DNA of 64,000 bases, from assembly GCF_009914755.1 (NCBI RefSeq), contig NC_060937.1; one strand, written 5' to 3'. The position numbers and the translations under genes are program-made. Below are positions 26,198 through 40,755 of this stretch, piece after piece. The DNA comes from the human T2T-CHM13v2.0 reference genome, Homo sapiens. The notes beneath the pieces were generated by a model that saw nothing but the letters and a program-made list of their open reading frames with translations, had not been told where the DNA came from and ran no database searches. Position 1 is the first letter of the stretch, and the number at the start of each line of letters is the position of its first letter.

Positions 26198-26668
26198 TAG
26201 GGCCATTTTCCTGGGCATGTGATCTGTGCAGTCAAGCAGGATCCTACACTCCAATGAACCGTGTGGTTGGTTTAATGTTCTCTTGTCACCCTATTGAAAT
26301 TTTTTGTTGTTCAGACAGGGTCTCACTCTGTCACCCAGGCTGGAGTGCAGTGGTATAATTACAGCTCACTGCAGCTTTGACCTCCCTAGGTTCAGGTAGT
26401 TCTCCCACCTCAGCCTTCTGAGTAGCTGGGCCCGTAGGTGCATGCCACCATGCCCAGCTAATTTTTGTATTTTTTGTAGAGATGGGGTTTTGCCACCTTG
26501 CGCAGGCTGGTCTTGAACTCCTGGGCTCAAGCAGTCTGCATACCTTGGTGTCCCAAAATTCTGGGATTATAGGTGTGAGCCACCATGCCTGGCCCTAATT
26601 GAAATTTGAACAAAAGGCCCTGCATTTTCTTTTTGCATTGGTCTCTGCAAATTATGTAGCCAGTCCTA
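26198..26668 (+). mobile_element. MER45A-like hAT-Tip100 MITE split by an Alu, flanked by L2-like sequence
   Basis: TAGGGCC...TGGTTTAATG...TTGAAATT [Alu] TTGAACAAAAGGCCCTGCATTTTC...GCAAATTATGTAGCCAGTCCT; L2 3' end at 26670-26760. Confidence 0.75.
26304..26594 (-). mobile_element. AluJ
   Basis: Full dimer; near-perfect TSD CTA(A)TTGAAATTT on both sides. Confidence 0.95.
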
Positions 26669-26886
26669 ACGTGTACCTTATTGACTGTGGAGTATCTGGT
26701 GCATAGAACAGGGCTTGGCAGAGAATAAGAGTTTAAATGATTGTTGAATAATTTAATAAAGCTTTAAGTAGTATTCTGATATGTCTTTTGAACTCTGATT
26801 CTTAAGTTAAACTCTAGACATAGGCCTGTGGATACTGAGTATCTCAGATTCTGCTTCTGTGTACAATGATATTTTTTGTCTTGTGA

Positions 26887-27430
26887 TGTTATATAAATGG
26901 GTTAAAGATGGACCCCCATGTTTTTCTTACTTCTTCACAGCAGGCTAGGACCATTAGCCCAAAGCCAAATGGTACCCAACTCCGATTTTTATACATCCAG
27001 TTGCTTTAAATATAGCTCAAATAAATATATTTTTAGCCATTTAAAGCCTACCTGCTTTGCATACCTGATAAAATTTAACTGAACATCTGCTAACCATAGA
27101 TAAAGTAAACTCTGGGACACTAAAAGACCCCAAGCCATTGATACCCTTCAAAGTTCCCTGACCCAGACACTTCCCAATTTCTAGTAAGTGGTATCACCTA
27201 GACGTGCAAGCCCCCTCTCCAATTTCCCCTTCTCCTGGGAGTTCGCTTGTCATCTTCTCCTTCTGGGTGGTAGCCAGGCACCATTGTCTCTGGAAGGTCT
27301 CCTGTTGTGAGGGACTTCGCCTCTTGGCAACCTGTCAAAGCACCACCCAAATAAAGCTCCTTTTGTACTACCGCCCTCTTGTGGTCCTGTATTTTCTTTG
27401 ATTAGCCTTGACATCCTGAAACTCACCACG
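26887..27430 (+). mobile_element. ERVL-type solo LTR (LTR52-like), sense to GPC5
   Basis: TGT start, GTTAAAGATGG, TTTTTAGCCATTTA.AGCCT.CCTGCTTTGCATACC, AATAAA at 27350-27355; subfamily uncertain. Confidence 0.6.
27369..27387 (-). promoter_or_regulatory. CTCF-like motif
   Basis: Minus strand GGACCACAAGAGGGCGGTA fits the CCACnAGRKGGCR core. Confidence 0.5.
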
Positions 27431-28427
27431 TATGGGTCAATACTTATTTCTAATGGAAGGTAGGGACTCAAAGTAGCAATACTGATTTTAAATATATTTC
27501 TTTCTTTTTACTAGACTATAGGCTATTTGAGAGCAGGATCTGTGATTGATTTCCCTTTTGGTTCTGTGATTAGGCCAACATTTATAAATAAATAGTGATT
27601 TGTAGAATTGAATCTTATTTTTGTAGATACCTAATAGGTTATTTATTGTGTTTAATTATTTTTTATGCTTAATGTTAGTAGAATGAGAAATATAGAGAGT
27701 GAAGTTCCTTAAAATGTATGTGGGCTCATTTGTGTTGAATGAATTGTTTTTGTGGGGTTAATTTTTGCTTACATAACTGCCACAAATTTTATAAAGTGAC
27801 CAAACCTTTTAAATTTAAAGGACTTTTTATCTGCTATCTAACATTTTTGAAATGGAGTAAATGAGTTGCCAGACAAAGGTTTAGAAAGGAGTATTCTCAG
27901 ATGTCCTGTAAGGAAAAGAAAATTATTTAACATCTAAAGGATTAATTTGCACAGCTGTTATCGTCATGTAGTGGGGTGACTGATCTGCCTTACAGCATTG
28001 ATCTGTTGTTGAGAGAATGGAGAAAAATAAAGATGAGCAGTTATAATTTGCATTTGGCTCTGGAATGGTTGGCTTGTGTATTACTTGATTTTTTTTCTGC
28101 AAAATAGTATTTTTCTAGGAGGAAATTAACAGTAAGGAACTAGAAAATAATTCAGCTTTTCTGTGTTTCACCCTTGTTAATCCCATGTCGGGAGTAAAGT
28201 ATACATCACTCGTCTGTGGAACTATTCCTGAGCTGATCATTGTTTGTTAAAGGACACTGACTTGGAGTTCAGTCTCTATTGTGGATCAACCAGAGGGACC
28301 ACAGTTTTCAGAATAAGGAAACAAATAATTGCTATTAAATCACAAAACATGATATACTGTAGCAGGTATAATCTGTCTCTGAAATATTTCCAACAATTCC
28401 AATTTTAGAAATATTTATCTAATCTTT

Positions 28428-28991
28428 TTAAAAAATTTATTTTAAATCGACAGATAAAATTGGGTGTATTTACCACATACAACATGATGGTTTGAAGCAC
28501 AGTACAGATGCATTGTGGAATGGTTAAATCTAGCTAATTAAACTATGCATTACCTCACCTAGTTACCAATTTTGTTGTGGTGAGGACATTTAACATTCAC
28601 TCTCTTAGCATTTTTCAAGAATACAATATATCATATTAACTGTAGTCACCATGCTATGTAATAGGTCACTTGAATTTATTCTTTTCATCTATCTGTAAAT
28701 ATGTGTCCCTTGATCAACATCTTTCCAACTCTTCCTCCTCCCCAACAGCCCCAGCTCCTGATAATCACCATTCTCCTCTCTCTTTCTATGAGATCAACCT
28801 TTTTAGATTCTACATGAATGAGATCATGTGGTATTTGTCTTTTTGTGCCTGGTTTATTTCACTTAATATAATGTCCTCCAGGTTCATCCATGTTGTTGCA
28901 AATGACAGCATTTCCTTATTTTTTATGGCTGAATAGTACTCTATCATATCCACATTTTCTTTGTCCATTCATCTGCTGATGGATACCTAGG
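28428..28991 (-). mobile_element. L1MA 3' fragment
   Basis: L1MA-type 3'UTR and ORF2 end; TSD TTTATCTA(A/G)TCTTT at 28414-28427 and 28992-29005. Confidence 0.88.
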
Positions 28992-30166
28992 TTTATCTAG
29001 TCTTTAAGACCTCTTTTCAATGGTAGCATAGAAAATTATAATTTTCGTGTATGAATTGTGGCTGGTTATTTGTTTAGGATATTTTACAAGAGCTGCTAGG
29101 AAATTTTACTTAAGTAGAAAGACTATTTAAGTCAATGCTAATGAAACAAACCTGCATAATTAGATATGGTCCAGCTATTAACTTAAATATGTTTCAAATG
29201 TTGTTGTATTTAAAAGCTAGTAAATATTGTTTCATAACTTAAATTGTTTATTACTCTTATTAGGATAATGGGTTTAAATTACTAGTTTTTCTCTCCTCTG
29301 TGCTATAATAACCAAATCTATTTCAGTTCTTATAATTCCTTATAGGCAGCATAATTAAATAATCTTCGCAGCTATTTTGTTAGTCTTTTGCTTTTCCTTG
29401 TTTTACAGTTTCAAGAGAATCTAGTTCATGATTTCTTCAATATTTGCCTTGGGAGAAGATAAAATCTGAGAAGAGAATTGGTTAAAAAGCACACCAAGAG
29501 TGTGTCTTCATTGATTAAATGAGCATAAAAATTATTTCTGGATGTCCTTGTTCATTACATATATATTCTTTAAATGGAAGATTGTCAATATCAAATTACT
29601 TGTGCAGATTTATTTGCTCTTTGAATAACTCTCTTATTCGGTAAGGTTATACCGAGCTACATTTGGTTCATTTTCTTTTGATCATTGAGATGTCTGTGTT
29701 TAATGAGCTAAAACTGAAGTAGGTCAATAAAATGAAGAGATTAACAGCCTGTTCTCACCAGGCTTGGAATTCATTTTACTCTAGGGGGAAAAAAGTCATT
29801 TTTAAAAAAGGTATTTGATCAACTTAAAAGGTAAAGGGAATAAGAAAAACATGGCAAAACTAAAAAAGCTGAGAAATCAATGAGTTCTTCAGGGTACTAT
29901 TTGTTAGGTGAAGCTATGTGGATCTGTGTTTGTATTGTTAAGAGTTTGCATTACAAGAGCAGAACCAAATTTTACTTCTTCCTTTGATAAGTTCAGAAGC
30001 ACACAAAAAACTTCAGGTTTTAAAATATTTCCTATTCAATTCATCTTTGGAAATATCTTACATAAGGAAAACTAGTAGTTATGACAAACCATGAAAATGT
30101 CATGGAAAATAAATGGGAAAAGCAGACTTGTCACCTTATTTGTTGCGTATTATGATCACATATTTT

Positions 30167-30529
30167 CTTTTCTTTTCTTTTCTTTTTTTTTGTCAAGGGA
30201 CGAGGAAGATGCCTGTGTTATTTGTTTTTTCTCCCGACTTTCATATTAGATTCAGGGGGAACATGTGCAGGTTTGTTACTTGGGTTTATTGTGTTATCCT
30301 GAGATTTAGGATATGAATGATCCCATCACCTGGTTACTTAGCATAATTCCCAACAGATGGTTGGTCAACCCTTGTCCACCTCCCTCCCTCCCCTCTCTAG
30401 AAGTTCCCAGTGTCTGTGTTTCCCATCTTTATGTGCATGAGAGCACAGTGTTTAGCTCCCACTTATAAGTGAGAACATGTGGTATTTGGTTTTCCATTCC
30501 TGTGTTAATTTGCTTAGGATAATGGCCTG
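30167..30529 (-). mobile_element. Old L1PA (PA15-17-like) 3' fragment with probable short 3' transduction
   Basis: L1 3'UTR 30232-30529; non-L1 block 30192-30224; T-rich tail 30167-30191; TSD TG(A/G)TCACATATTTT. Confidence 0.85.
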
Positions 30530-30862
30530 TGGTCACATATTTTAGTGAATAATGTGAATAACGATGAATTTGTAGTTTTGAAATAGGTTAGTCTTCACTC
30601 CATCACTTACTACCTATGTGACCTTTAGCAAATGACCCAACCTCTCAGAAAGTATTTCTCTTTATTCACAGGCTTGTCCCTTTTCCCTTTCAGTGGTTTT
30701 TGAGAGGCATGTGGTATTGGGAAGGCGGTTTGTAAACAGTAATAGTCTCTACAAATGTGACATAATTGATTCTATTACAAAATGTTCTTAGATACATTTA
30801 AATAATTATTTGTGCTTGGTCAGGGAGCAGACAGAGAAATCATAGTAGAATCGTTTCCATTC

Positions 30863-31166
30863 TTTTTTTTTTTTTTTTTTTTTTGAGACCGAGTCTCTCT
30901 CTGTCGCCCAGGCTGGAGTGCAGTGGCACGATCTTGGCTCACTGCAAGCTCCGCCTGCCAGGTTCGTGCCATTCTCCTGCCTCAGCCTCCTGAGTCGCTG
31001 GGACCACAGGCACCCGCCACCACACCTGGCTAATTTTTTTGTATTTTTAGTAGAGACGGGGTTTCACTGTGTTAGCCAGGATGGTCTGGATCTCCTGACC
31101 TCGTGATCCGCCCGCCTTGGCCTCCCAAAGAGCTGGGATTACAGGCGTGAGCCACTACGCCCGGCC
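30863..31166 (-). mobile_element. AluY
   Basis: CTGCAAGCTCCGCC, GCCATTCTCC, TGTTAGCCAGGATGG diagnostics; long poly-T. Confidence 0.95.
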
Positions 31167-31377
31167 TTCCTTCATCTTAATGGAATATCAAAGTTTCAAA
31201 TATTTGCCTCCCCTCACTCCCTCTCAAGGTATTAATCCTGTACTCTTAGGAACATAGTCCATGTTTTCATTATTTAATATACTAAATATTTTATTATTTG
31301 TAGTTCATTCATATGGTAAAATCAAATTTGTTTATTCATATACAAGGTTTAAGAACTAAAGACTGGGCTTTTTCACA

Positions 31378-31793
<416 letters not shown>

Positions 31794-31921
31794 TCATCAA
31801 GTGAGTAGGAGTTACTTCTCTACTTTATTGTGTTCTTGCGTGTTGTAGTGCTGAGGGTCTTGGCAAGTCCCCTATATTGGAGATAAGAACTTATCTTCCA
31901 TGTGAAAAGCACAAGGGTGGA

Positions 31922-32343
31922 GTGTGCTGGCAAATCTCTGTCTGCCCCTTCAGAAGGCCTCTCCACCCTACCCTTTGTTCCTGGGCCCTATCAGTGGGCA
32001 TTCTTGGCTCTGGCAGTTAATGGGAGGCAGTAGCTACAGAAGGACTGGGCAAGTGGAGTGGGGCAGACATAGGTCTCACCTTTATAGAGTCACTACAGGT
32101 TGGTTATGACCCTTTACATAAAACCATAGCTCCTGTTGAGTGTCCTCACAAGTCTCTGAATCCTTATAACTACTTTCTCTCTTTGCTTCCTAAGGGGCAG
32201 TATCAGTGACCTCACCTCGGTTATTAGCTAGGGAATATTGCATGATCCTTATAGCTTTCCTATATCCTGCTCTTTATAAAAATTTTATTAAATCTAATTT
32301 TAGGGTGCCAGTCTATTTTCTCCCAGGATTCTGTATGATAACA
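31922..32343 (+). mobile_element. Old ERVL-type LTR (LTR33-like)
   Basis: TGTGCTGGCA start; TTTATTAAA..TGCCA.TCTATTTTC.CCCAGGA..CTG..TGATAACA end. Confidence 0.45.
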
Positions 32344-32949
32344 CTTTATATACTTTAAATACGTCAAGCCACAGCTTTCAGAAGATAATTTGATTTGTAT
32401 TTAAAATGTATAGAAACACAAATCTGTTCTAGAGTTACTTTATAAAAGTTTTTAGAAGTTCTAGTCAATAATTTCTTTACTCACATTCAGTTGCTTCATA
32501 ATCATGCTTCTGTTAAATGTTCCTTTCCCTCCCTTCCCCACCCTTTCCTCTCACCCCTTTTGTGAAGAGCATTGGCAACAGCTAGCTCTTTAGGCTTCAG
32601 TTGAAAATGTGACTGCATGGATAACACCCCATGATGATGTGATAGCTTAATCCCCACCTACGCTGTCAATTCAATCACCAAATTCTCCTAGATTCTGTTT
32701 CACAAATGCCTTTGTGAATTCTCTGCCTATCACCATTGCTACCACCTTGTTTTAACCCAGTGCCTTTTCGTGGCTGAATTGCTCAATCAGCCTATTTCTG
32801 TTCTTAGCCCTTGCTAGTCCATTTGCCAATAGATTCCCAACTGAGCTCCCAATAAAATCCAAATCTTATCTTTATTTCTTGTTCACTGCCTTTCTTAAAA
32901 ATAAAAGAACGTGATTGTATTTGAATACATAACTTCTGTACAATAAAAT

Positions 32950-34070
<1,121 letters not shown>

Positions 34071-34615
34071 TTAATAGTTACCCTGTGATTAGTATTTATA
34101 AATGTCATTCACACTTACAGGAGCACTGAGATGAAGGCCTTGCCATCCTATCGTCTTGAGCTTCTCTGTGTGATAACACTTTCCAGGCTCCTGGGATTGA
34201 GTCCAATAGCAGCAAAACAATAGTCACTCTCACTGTTCTTTATCCTGATCATCTTGGCTCTGATGTAGCTTCTCAGACCCTTGGTGATCTGGCCCCTTCT
34301 TTTTTAACTTTGCGTGCTCTTTCTCCGCATTTGGAAGAGTCTGTTTTTGCTCCTGAGCTACCATAAATAAAATTATTCCTCAAAAATCATCCCTGGAAAC
34401 ACTGAGATGATCTAAACTAACTTCAGAGCCAGGAATTATTTCTAAAGTCATCTTCAAATCAGAATACCTAATTATGGCCATATCTTTAAGAACAAAGAAA
34501 CATCATTTCTCTCTTGGACTGTCATGATAGCGTATTGGTTTTATTTGCAGTTTTATCTTCATTGGAAGCCATTTCCCCCACTGCCCCAGTGGTCTAGTTT
34601 CCCCTACTGCCTCAA

Positions 34616-34991
34616 TGATATAGTTTGGCTGTGTCCCCACTCAAATCTCATTTTGAATTGTAGTTCCCATAATCCCCACGTGTTGTGGGAGGGACCCAGT
34701 GGGAGGCAATTGAATCATGGGGGCAGTTACCCCAGTGCTATTCTTGTGATAGTGAGTGAGTTCTCACGAGATCTAATGGTTTTATAAGGGGCTTTTTCCC
34801 CTTTGCGCGGCATTTACTCTGTCCTGCCACCTTGTGAAGAAAGTGCCTGCTTCTCCTTTGCCTTCCGCGATGATTGCAAGTTTCCTGAGGCCTCTCCAGC
34901 TATGCAGAACGGAGTCAGTTAAACCTCTTTCTGTTATAAATTACCCAGTCTTGGGCAGTTCTTTATAGCAGTATGAAAATTGACTAATACA
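34616..34991 (+). mobile_element. THE1D-like MaLR solo LTR
   Basis: TGATATAGTTTGGCTGTGTCCCCAC...TAGTTCCCATAATCCCCACG...GACTAATACA. Confidence 0.9.
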
Positions 34992-35592
34992 GTGATGTTT
35001 CCATATGGAAAACCTGATTCCATTTCCTCTCTAAACTGTTCACACTTTAAGATTTCAGTGACAGCAGGCCAGTGAAGTACATTGTCAGTGCATCTCAAGG
35101 GACAATGAAGACAAAGGAGGGGGAGGGATGCAGATGGGCTAAAGCAATGACAGTTGGGACTAGAGTGCTTACAAATCTCTCTGTTTGGCTTTTGCATAGT
35201 TTTTTCTGCTGCAGAGTGATTTGCTTCACGTAACAGAAAATATGACTGCTATAACGCTTCCACCAAAAGGGAGAAACTGACCATACTCTCTTGGTCATGA
35301 GTTTAAAAACTTCAAGGAGGGTGTCGCCTTATAAAGTATGGCTATTTTCCAACTAACTATGAAGGTGGGTTGGGGGGTGGAGGAGAAGGTCTTAGAAAAG
35401 CTGAGCAAGTCATATACATAAATCCACAGGGGTTTGATACACATCTTAAGACACCCTTCATGGTTCTCTAGTGCTATGGCAAAAGCTCAGACTTCCATGT
35501 CTTGCATTTACATTTCTCAGGGATATAATCCTTGCCTTCTTTTCCAGTCTTTGTCTGCTGTGGCCTATCCACTGTTTCCTACCTTGCCTCCC

Positions 35593-35963
35593 TGTTGCTG
35601 GAGATAACCCACCATGGGCCTTGAGCATCCCTGTGTGTTTTGACTGGGCATGCTAACAATTGAAGGCTCTGACTTCCCTCTGCTTGGGCCATGTGTCAGT
35701 GTTGTGTTTGCAGTGAGCAACTTTGAGGGACGGTCTCCCCCAGAATAAAGAGAAGGATTGCTTAGGCTTGCTGTAAAAGTGGTGAATCCCCAACAAGTTC
35801 AGTGTTCTTCCCCTGTAACACAATCCCCTACATGTGCAGGCAACTATCTAGACGCTTGTGGAGCAGGGTGCTAACGTGATGTTCGTGCTGTTTGCTGTGA
35901 GTCTCCTGTTTTATGCCAGCATCCATGAAGCAGCAAGTAGGGCTAATGTGCAGACCTTTCACA
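35593..35963 (+). mobile_element. ERVL-type LTR (LTR53/LTR47-like), internally deleted
   Basis: GAGCATCCCTG, GTTGTGTTTGCAGTGAGCAAC.TTGAGGGA, GCCAGCATCCATGAA, ends TTCACA. Confidence 0.5.
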
Positions 35964-36971
35964 ACTCCCAACAACTTTCCCCAGTCCACAGCCGCACATA
36001 GACCTGGTGTTTCACTTCACCTATTCCCCAGTGCTTTTGGTTTCCCCAATGAGCCACACCTTTTTATACGTCTTGCCTATTGTTGCCTCTCTATGGAATA
36101 TAATTTCCTTCCTTCTCTTCCCCCATTCTTGTCTGACCAATCTGAGTTCAAATTTGTTTTGCTACTTATCAGCTTTGTGAATTTAGAGAAATTTAACTAT
36201 ATTGAACAAAAGTTTTCATTTATAAAATAGGAATATTTTTCTACCTTGTAAAAGTCTTTTTGCGGGGGTGGGGGGGGTGGGGGCTTGTAAGGAGACTATA
36301 AACTATCTATTTAACCAAATGTAAAGATGTTGCTCAATCTTCTCTGATCCCTTTTCATGTCTCTCCAAGAAGGTGATATCATTTCTTCCTGTGTGCTCCC
36401 ACAAAACTTAGTGCATCTTTTATAGCATTTTATCACATTAATTTTTTTTACAAATGTGTTTCCCACTAATCCGTGCCCTGGAGGGAAAATTGCATTTTAT
36501 CATTTTTGGTATCCTTAATAACTATCACAGTGTCTTGTACAGAATGGGTGCTTAATAAATATTTGATGAATTTATTTGATTTATTAATCAAAGAACAGGA
36601 AATTACCCTGCAGTGTAGCAGAGGTGGGAGGAAGACCGCATATCCTGAGAAGTACCTTGAGGAGGGAGGCAAGAGTCCATGTACAGTATAGCGCTGCCCA
36701 TTCCCACCCAAAATGTAGAAACATATAAATTTATGAGTCCTTCAGATGCCATTTTTAAGAACCCTCATTAAGTTGACCTCAAAAAGAATAACTAGCAAAA
36801 CGCAAACTGTGTGCTGCTGCATTTTACTTCTACTAGCTGTTTAATAGTGTTTTAGGAAAAAGGGTCTCACTAGCTTGGGAGAAATGCTGCATCCTAAACA
36901 TGTTTCTTAAAGAGTCACAATACATATTAGCATTTTAAATCTCTGAGAAGTACTATACTTGAGAGAATCCA

Positions 36972-37428
36972 TTTCTTTTATTATTATTATTATTATTATA
37001 CTTTAAGTTCTAGGGTACATGTGCACAAAGTGTAGGTTTTTTACATATGTATACATGTGCCATGTTGGTTTGCCGCACCCATCAACTCGTCCTTTACATT
37101 ACGCATTTCTCCTAATGTTATCCCTCCCCCAGCCTCCCACCCCCTGACAGGCCCTGGTGTGTGATGTTCCCTGCCCAAGTGATCTCATTGTTCAGTTCCC
37201 ACCTATGAGTGAGAACATACGGTGTTTGGTTTTCTGTCCTTGTGATAGTTTGCTGAGAACAATGGTTTCCAGCTTCATCCATGTCCCTGCAAAGGACATG
37301 AATTCATCCTTTTTTATGGCTGCATAGTATTCCATGGTGTATATTTGCCACATTTTCTTAATCCAGTCTATCATTGATGGACATTTGGGTTGGTTCCAAG
37401 TCTTTGCTATTGTGATTAGTGCTGCAAT
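36972..37428 (-). mobile_element. L1PA 3' fragment (about L1PA6-8)
   Basis: (TTA)n tail, L1 3'UTR, ORF 37192-37431 = ORF2 C-terminus (TWNQPKCPS...MFSLIGGN). Confidence 0.92.
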
Positions 37429-37922
37429 CATTGAGAAAACCAGTTTATTTTCGTTGGGAAAATGTTTTTTGACTTAGCCCGCCTTTTACCATTCCCTTGA
37501 AACATTTTTTACTTTTACGTCTTTTACTTAACTCCAATTACAGAGGCACTTCTTGAAAAAGTGGATGGAACAGAGTGGGGTGGATGGAGCAGAGGGGGGG
37601 AGTATTTAGAAGGCAGAATTGTTAGAACCTTTGAGGGAGAAATAAGAGTCTAGTATGATTCCCAGTTTTTAAATAGCTTTCAGGGAATATAAGGCACTCT
37701 GTAGGGAGGAAGGTACAACACTGGGCATGTCAATATTGAGGCTACTGTGTCATACCAAGGTCGTGATGTGTAGTAGATAGTTAAACATATGGGTCCAAAT
37801 ATCATTTGAGAGAGTGGCAGCAGAAAAAGATTTAGAGATCATTGGGTGTGTAGGTGAATTTCTAGAAGTAGAAAATAATTCAGGGACAGAACTGAGAGAT
37901 GGAACTCGAGATAACACAAATA

Positions 37923-38738
37923 CAGTAGCCCCTGCTGTCAGCCCACAAAACGTAGATTCTCTAAAGACAAGGAGTTTATTCTGAACTCTGCAGAAGCTTT
38001 GCAGGCAGAATATGTGTGCTGCAACCATGGGTGCATTTGAGAAGGTCGAGGTAAGGGAAAGATTTTAACAGCAAAAGGAGGAGTACACTAAGTTGTTTTG
38101 AAACAAAGAGAACACTGGATACAGGGACTTCTGGCAGGAGTTGACCAGTTTACTACTGGAGACAATGTGTCAGGTAAATATTCCTGTGCATCCAGTTAGC
38201 TGTCCTTGGGACTGATGTAGCAAGCAGCAGTTAGGAGTCCATAATAACGAAAGTTCTTGTTATAAGCATATATGCCCACAAGCCCTTCAGGTAGTCTTTG
38301 TAGTAGTTCTTATCATAGGCATGTGTACACAAAGGCCCTCCTTAGAAACTCCTGGCTTTATTTATTTTCTTAGGGTGTGATGCAACTGACTTCATTTTTA
38401 TTCTGATACTTTTCACACATCTTATGTGTGGTTTTACTTTCTGAGGTTTCAGTTACCCATGATCAACTGTGGTCCAAAAATATGAAAGGGAAAGTTCCAG
38501 ACAAAAACATTTATATGTTTTAAATTGCTTGCTGTTCTGAGTAGTATGATGATCTCTCTTACCTTCCAACTCCATCCTGCCTGGGACATGAATTGTCCCT
38601 TTGTGCAATGTGTCCACACTGTCTGTACCGCCTGCCCATCAGTCATTTAGTAGTCGCTGAGTTGTTATCAGATTTAAAACATGTCATATATAGAGCGTTT
38701 AGTACTATGAATGGTTTTAGGCAGCCACTAGGAGTCTT
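37923..38738 (+). mobile_element. MER44A-like TcMar-Tigger MITE split in its 5' terminal repeat
   Basis: TA|CAGTAGCCCC at 37921-37932, resumes after the LTR as CTTAT..GGTTT..GGTTTCAGTTACCC..TCAAC..GGTCCAAAAATAT. Confidence 0.75.
37933..38417 (-). mobile_element. ERV1-type solo LTR (MER67-like)
   Basis: Minus strand begins TGTGAAAAGTATCAGAATAAAAATGAAGTCA; AATAAA on minus near 37975. Confidence 0.65.
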
Positions 38739-40719
38739 AAAGGAATAGGAGGCAGAAGATAATCCAGCCATATTCTAGAAGTCAAGAAGAAGAAAGGGTT
38801 TTGAGAACTGGGGAGTAAATTGAGTCAGAGTCCACAAAGATGTCAGTGGTGTTTAGAAATGAATAAACGTCTCTTGGATTTGGCAAGTAAGAGTTCTCCA
38901 CTTATCTGGGTATATGCATTTACCAAGGAGTGCTAGGATCAGCATTTAGATTGTAGAATTGACACAAGCATGAAGTGGAAACAGCGAATTCAGACTACCC
39001 TTTCAAGAAGCTTGATTCTGCAGGAAAGAAAAGGCTAGAGTATAGATTGTGCTTCTTGAGTGTGTTTGTTTTGCATAGTACACACTTCAGAAATATGTAG
39101 GTAACAAAGTGATGGGGTGAGTGTGGAAGGAAAGGTGAACGGGTGAGGCAGCAGTCACAGGCAGACTTTCTGGCTATGTTAAGGGTTTTGGACTTTATTC
39201 CAAGAGCAGTAGAAAGCCCTGGAAGATCTTTTAGCAGAAGTGCCACAATCAAATTTGCATTTTAAAAAAGACCTTTCTGTTCTGTAGGGTATTCCTTTAA
39301 TACTTCTTTTCCAGGTGTGAGATTAGAGTGGTTGTAGTACCAACAGGAATAAGTGGATTCCAAACTTATTTGAGGTAGAATCAGTATGATTATGATTATT
39401 TTCTTCTGCTTGTCTTGTAACAGGAACCTGTTAAGATATTTCTGATGCATCTTTTCAGTTGTACATACAGCTGAAATCAGTCCTGAAAGACAAAAGGTGC
39501 ATACTGACCTTGCATTCATGATAATTTGAATGACCTTAATTATATCGTGTGTTTTGTATAGGTATTCATATGATGTATACTTCTCATTACCTGGTTAATA
39601 TATTCTTATGCTGTAGGACCCTTTTATTACTATACAAGTTATAAAACTTCAAGAATAGCTAATAATTTGAGCAAGAAGGAATCAAGCAATTCAATGTCTT
39701 AATAGTTTCCAGTTAGCTATAGCTTTCTATTTTATGTGAATTTATATTCTAGCTCTTTTGATATTAGTTTAAATGAATGTACAGAGATTCATATAATCTG
39801 AAAATAATAATAGTGAGACAATGAATATGAGCACAAGCATAAAAATAATCCCCAAACTAAGAGTAGTAAAAATAATATGGAATTAGTTATAAGGTTAGGA
39901 CACAAAATACACGTACATTTTATTTTAGCAGAATAACGCCTCAACACTTTCTGCTAGGCTGAAAATTTTGGCTCTGGGTTTGCTATTAGTTATTACAAAG
40001 AATAATCCAGTCAACAACGTGATTCACAGCCATTATTAGAAAGAGAAAGGAACAAGAAAATTTTCATGGATTTTTCTAAAATAGATTATATAATGATACT
40101 AGTAATAAGCCAGTAGGTAAATTTTCTTTAACTGAGAGAAGACTCTCTGTGGAATATTTGGATTGTGGTTATCGTGGCCAGGAAGAGGTAAACTGCAGAG
40201 GCAACTATTTCTATGCAGTGAGAAATAAAATTGTGCCTGGTAATAAGACGTATTAGATTGAAATTGAGATATGTTGTTAGAATAGAAAAAATGATCAGAT
40301 CAAAACTTTTAAACATGCGAATTGATCCTCCTGATGGCCATTACCTATGGAATGCTTTTAGCAGGATGTACCTAGTTGGTTGCTGCTTATGGTAAATAAA
40401 CCTGGAATTTTTGGATTTATGAGTCATGGACCACATGAAATTGTTACTGTTAGTTATGTCACAGTTAGACTACAGAAGATGTTTCATGACCAAATGGCCT
40501 TTCTTGTTTAATGAACAGGTGAGTGGTTAAATTTGGGCCTGGGTTTATCCCAAAGTAGCAAGGAAGGATCCTGGGGAGCTGCAGGGATGGCCTCAGACTT
40601 CTTGCATTTCCTGTGTCTCATGATCCTGGTATCCTAAGGATTATTAGTAAACTCTGATACTGGGTAAGATCTCTGATTCTGTGCATCAGATTTGGCAATC
40701 CAACCCTTTTTGTTATCTC

Positions 40720-40755
40720 AGCCTAGTGAGCTTTGTTTCTAGCCTAGTGAGCTTT
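40720..40755. repeat. Short direct repeat, 21-bp period
   Basis: AGCCTAGTGAGCTTT at 40720 and 40741. Confidence 0.85.

Noticed and set aside
36264-36283. G-run GGGGGTGGGGGGGGTGGGGG
   Set aside because: G4-capable but an isolated low-complexity run with no regulatory context
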